A stretch of DNA of 64,000 bases from Nitrospirota bacterium (lineage in GTDB: Bacteria; Nitrospirota; UBA9217). Positions 62,401 to 64,000 of the stretch are shown here, piece after piece (within the stretch, counting starts at the first letter, position 1; the number at the start of each line of letters is the position of its first letter). The notes under the pieces are model-generated. The model worked only from the letters and a program-made list of their open reading frames with translations. It made no database searches and had not been told where the DNA came from. The position numbers and the translations under genes were made by a program. The stretch lies in the NCBI GenBank assembly GCA_963754875.1, contig CAVWHO010000021.1, positions 96,001 through 160,000 on the forward strand, in the 5' to 3' direction.

Positions 62401-62788
62401 TTTCTCTTCTGGAGAGAGAATCTGCGCTTTACCGTAATTCCCTACCTTCAGCATTGAACCTTTACAACATTCCTCCCGCCATAATAGCTGTTATTCAAGT
62501 GGTGCGACCTACCGCGCGGTTTACGACGCAATTCCCCCCGGCGGAGAGCACGGGGATTGCAAGCCGCGGGATTCAGTGCCCCGTTGCGCCGCGGCATTAT
62601 TAGCCGCAAAAAAACGACTGTACGGCAATATTGTCCCCTGTCAACTACCAGATTTTTTAAAACACCGGTTTAGAAGACGTATCTTGTTTTGAGAAGTATC
62701 TGGCGACACGTAACGATGTGTTTTCCGGTTTGGCTTAGCTAGGTAGGATATATACTGTATCGCGTGGCCGAAGATGAGATCTTCTGCG

Positions 62789-64000
62789 TCACAACAAAGT
62801 TGCTACGAATTTATGCGCCGCTGTCATGAGTTCCAGCGGCATGTACTGTGCTTCATGCAGCATGTAGAGGTGCCGTTTTGATGTTTTAAACAAAAGCGGC
62901 AACTTGTCGGAAGACCGAATTGGCTTTGAAGGTAACTATCATCGGTCAGTTTAAAAGACGGAGAAACAATCTGCGATGGTTCGATAAAAAAGACATTCTC
63001 ATTCAAAAAAGGGACGATTTCTGCAAGCGGACCGATGAGGGCATCTTGATCGCGCTGTTGGGCCGTTCGAGGATCGCAACGATACCGTAAGTCGCCCGTG
63101 CACTCATCGGTGCCGACGAAATGTCATTATCGGCACTAACTGAAATGGGAAGGAATTCATCCGGTCTGGCGTAATCAGGAAGGTACAAAACATCCTGCGC
63201 CATGCCCACAGGCACGACATCGTCGAGAATCCCGAGGAAATACGTCGGCGGCGGCTGATGCGGAGCATTGAGGAGAATAGAATTCGCTTCAATCATATGC
63301 TGGTCTGTTTTGACACCGACAGGACGGTCGGTTTTGAAGGCTATCTCTAGCGGGCCCTTCGCCAAACGTTATGTCCCCACCGCTTTTCCGAAGTACGGCT
63401 AGCAAACGATCGGCGAGTTCCCTCGTCCCGCCGGAAACCGGACAGGCATCGTTTCGATGAGGGTTGTGAGTTTTGCAAGTGATAATTGTGAAAGCGGTTT
63501 TCGGAAAAAATAACGTGACTGGATTTCGAGAAAAATTGTGAATTCCCTGCTGAAATGGTACTTGCCGATAAAACCGGCTGCTGATTTGCGTTTTGCGAAG
63601 TAGGCGGCAATCCTGCTTTTCGTAATGCGTGCCGCTTGTTTCTTAAGGTCACGGTAAAATTTCTCAATTAATTGAATTTCCCGCGGAAATTCACGCTTCA
63701 GTTCGTCATGGGTCTCCTCTTGATTCGCCGAAACGGTTATCCTCCTATCGGGAAGCGCGACTTGAAAACAGCGTGCATTATTCAGTTCCTCGGGAGCATT
63801 GCCGAGTTTGGCGAAAATCTCTTGGAAAGCCCCGCCTTTTTCAAATCCGTAGGAAAGCGTGGGACCGTGGAAAAAACGGAACCCATCGAATTCCCGGACG
63901 CCCAGCGCTGCATCGAGAGAGGCGCCTGACTCAAGTACGGAGACTTTTTTCCCGCTTCTGCTCATCAGTGCCGCAACGGCGAGCCCGCCGAGCCCCGCTC
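62789..64000 (-). CDS. FAD-dependent oxidoreductase (phytoene-desaturase-like); N-terminus outside the window, several indels
   Basis: GAGLGGLAVAALMSRSGKKVSVLE at the window edge, FDGFRFFHGP, ELKREFP; fragments 63399..63965, 63003..63365 and 62824..63006. Confidence 0.6.

Noticed and set aside
62340..62603. C-terminal extension of ClpC
   Set aside because: Frameshift artefact; the other frame gives a normal end at 62400.
62480..62610. c-di-GMP, cGAMP or c-di-AMP riboswitch, 6S RNA or tRNA
   Set aside because: Only short fragments match (gacgcaa, ctgaatcc, cacca), core motifs are missing, and no co-oriented gene follows.

Overview
A 64-kb chromosomal window from a Gram-negative, probably anaerobic bacterium. 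Gene content (futalosine pathway, Geobacter-like pilin, bioW, lpxI, ClpC) suggests Nitrospirota or Desulfobacterota; this is inference. In order: the end of a HAMP-GGDEF gene and a lipoprotein; a type IVa pilin cluster (pilA, TPR protein, PilH/PilI/PilG-like) with a sigma54 promoter; futalosine menaquinone genes (deaminase, mqnE, mqnC); a convergent AT-rich spacer with DnaA boxes and IHF/Fis-like sites; mtaB, miaB, DUF62; a small c-type cytochrome; a BirA-controlled bioB-bioW-bioF-fabG-bioD operon; a 15-kb glycan cluster (gmd, wzx, glycosyltransferases, HpnJ-like B12 radical SAM enzyme, RmlD-like reductase, decayed cupin, manC, manB); wbaP; waaL and LPS core genes; the lipid A/BAM operon (bamA-skp-lpxD-fabZ-lpxA-lpxI-gnnA-gnnB-lpxB-msbA-DUF374-waaA-lpxK-gmhB-waaF); hemW, short argA, clpC and a partial FAD oxidoreductase. 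About 20 single-base indels interrupt housekeeping genes and are most likely sequencing errors. No CRISPR array, rRNA, tRNA or mobile element was recognised. Best leads: (1) the HpnJ-like radical SAM/reductase/cupin/glycosyltransferase module, which may make an unusual sugar; (2) a GGDEF with the Hypr (cGAMP) Asp-to-Ser signature; (3) a DARS/datA-like DnaA-box element; (4) GnnA/GnnB, implying diaminoglucose lipid A. All calls come from motif recognition by eye, with no database searches.
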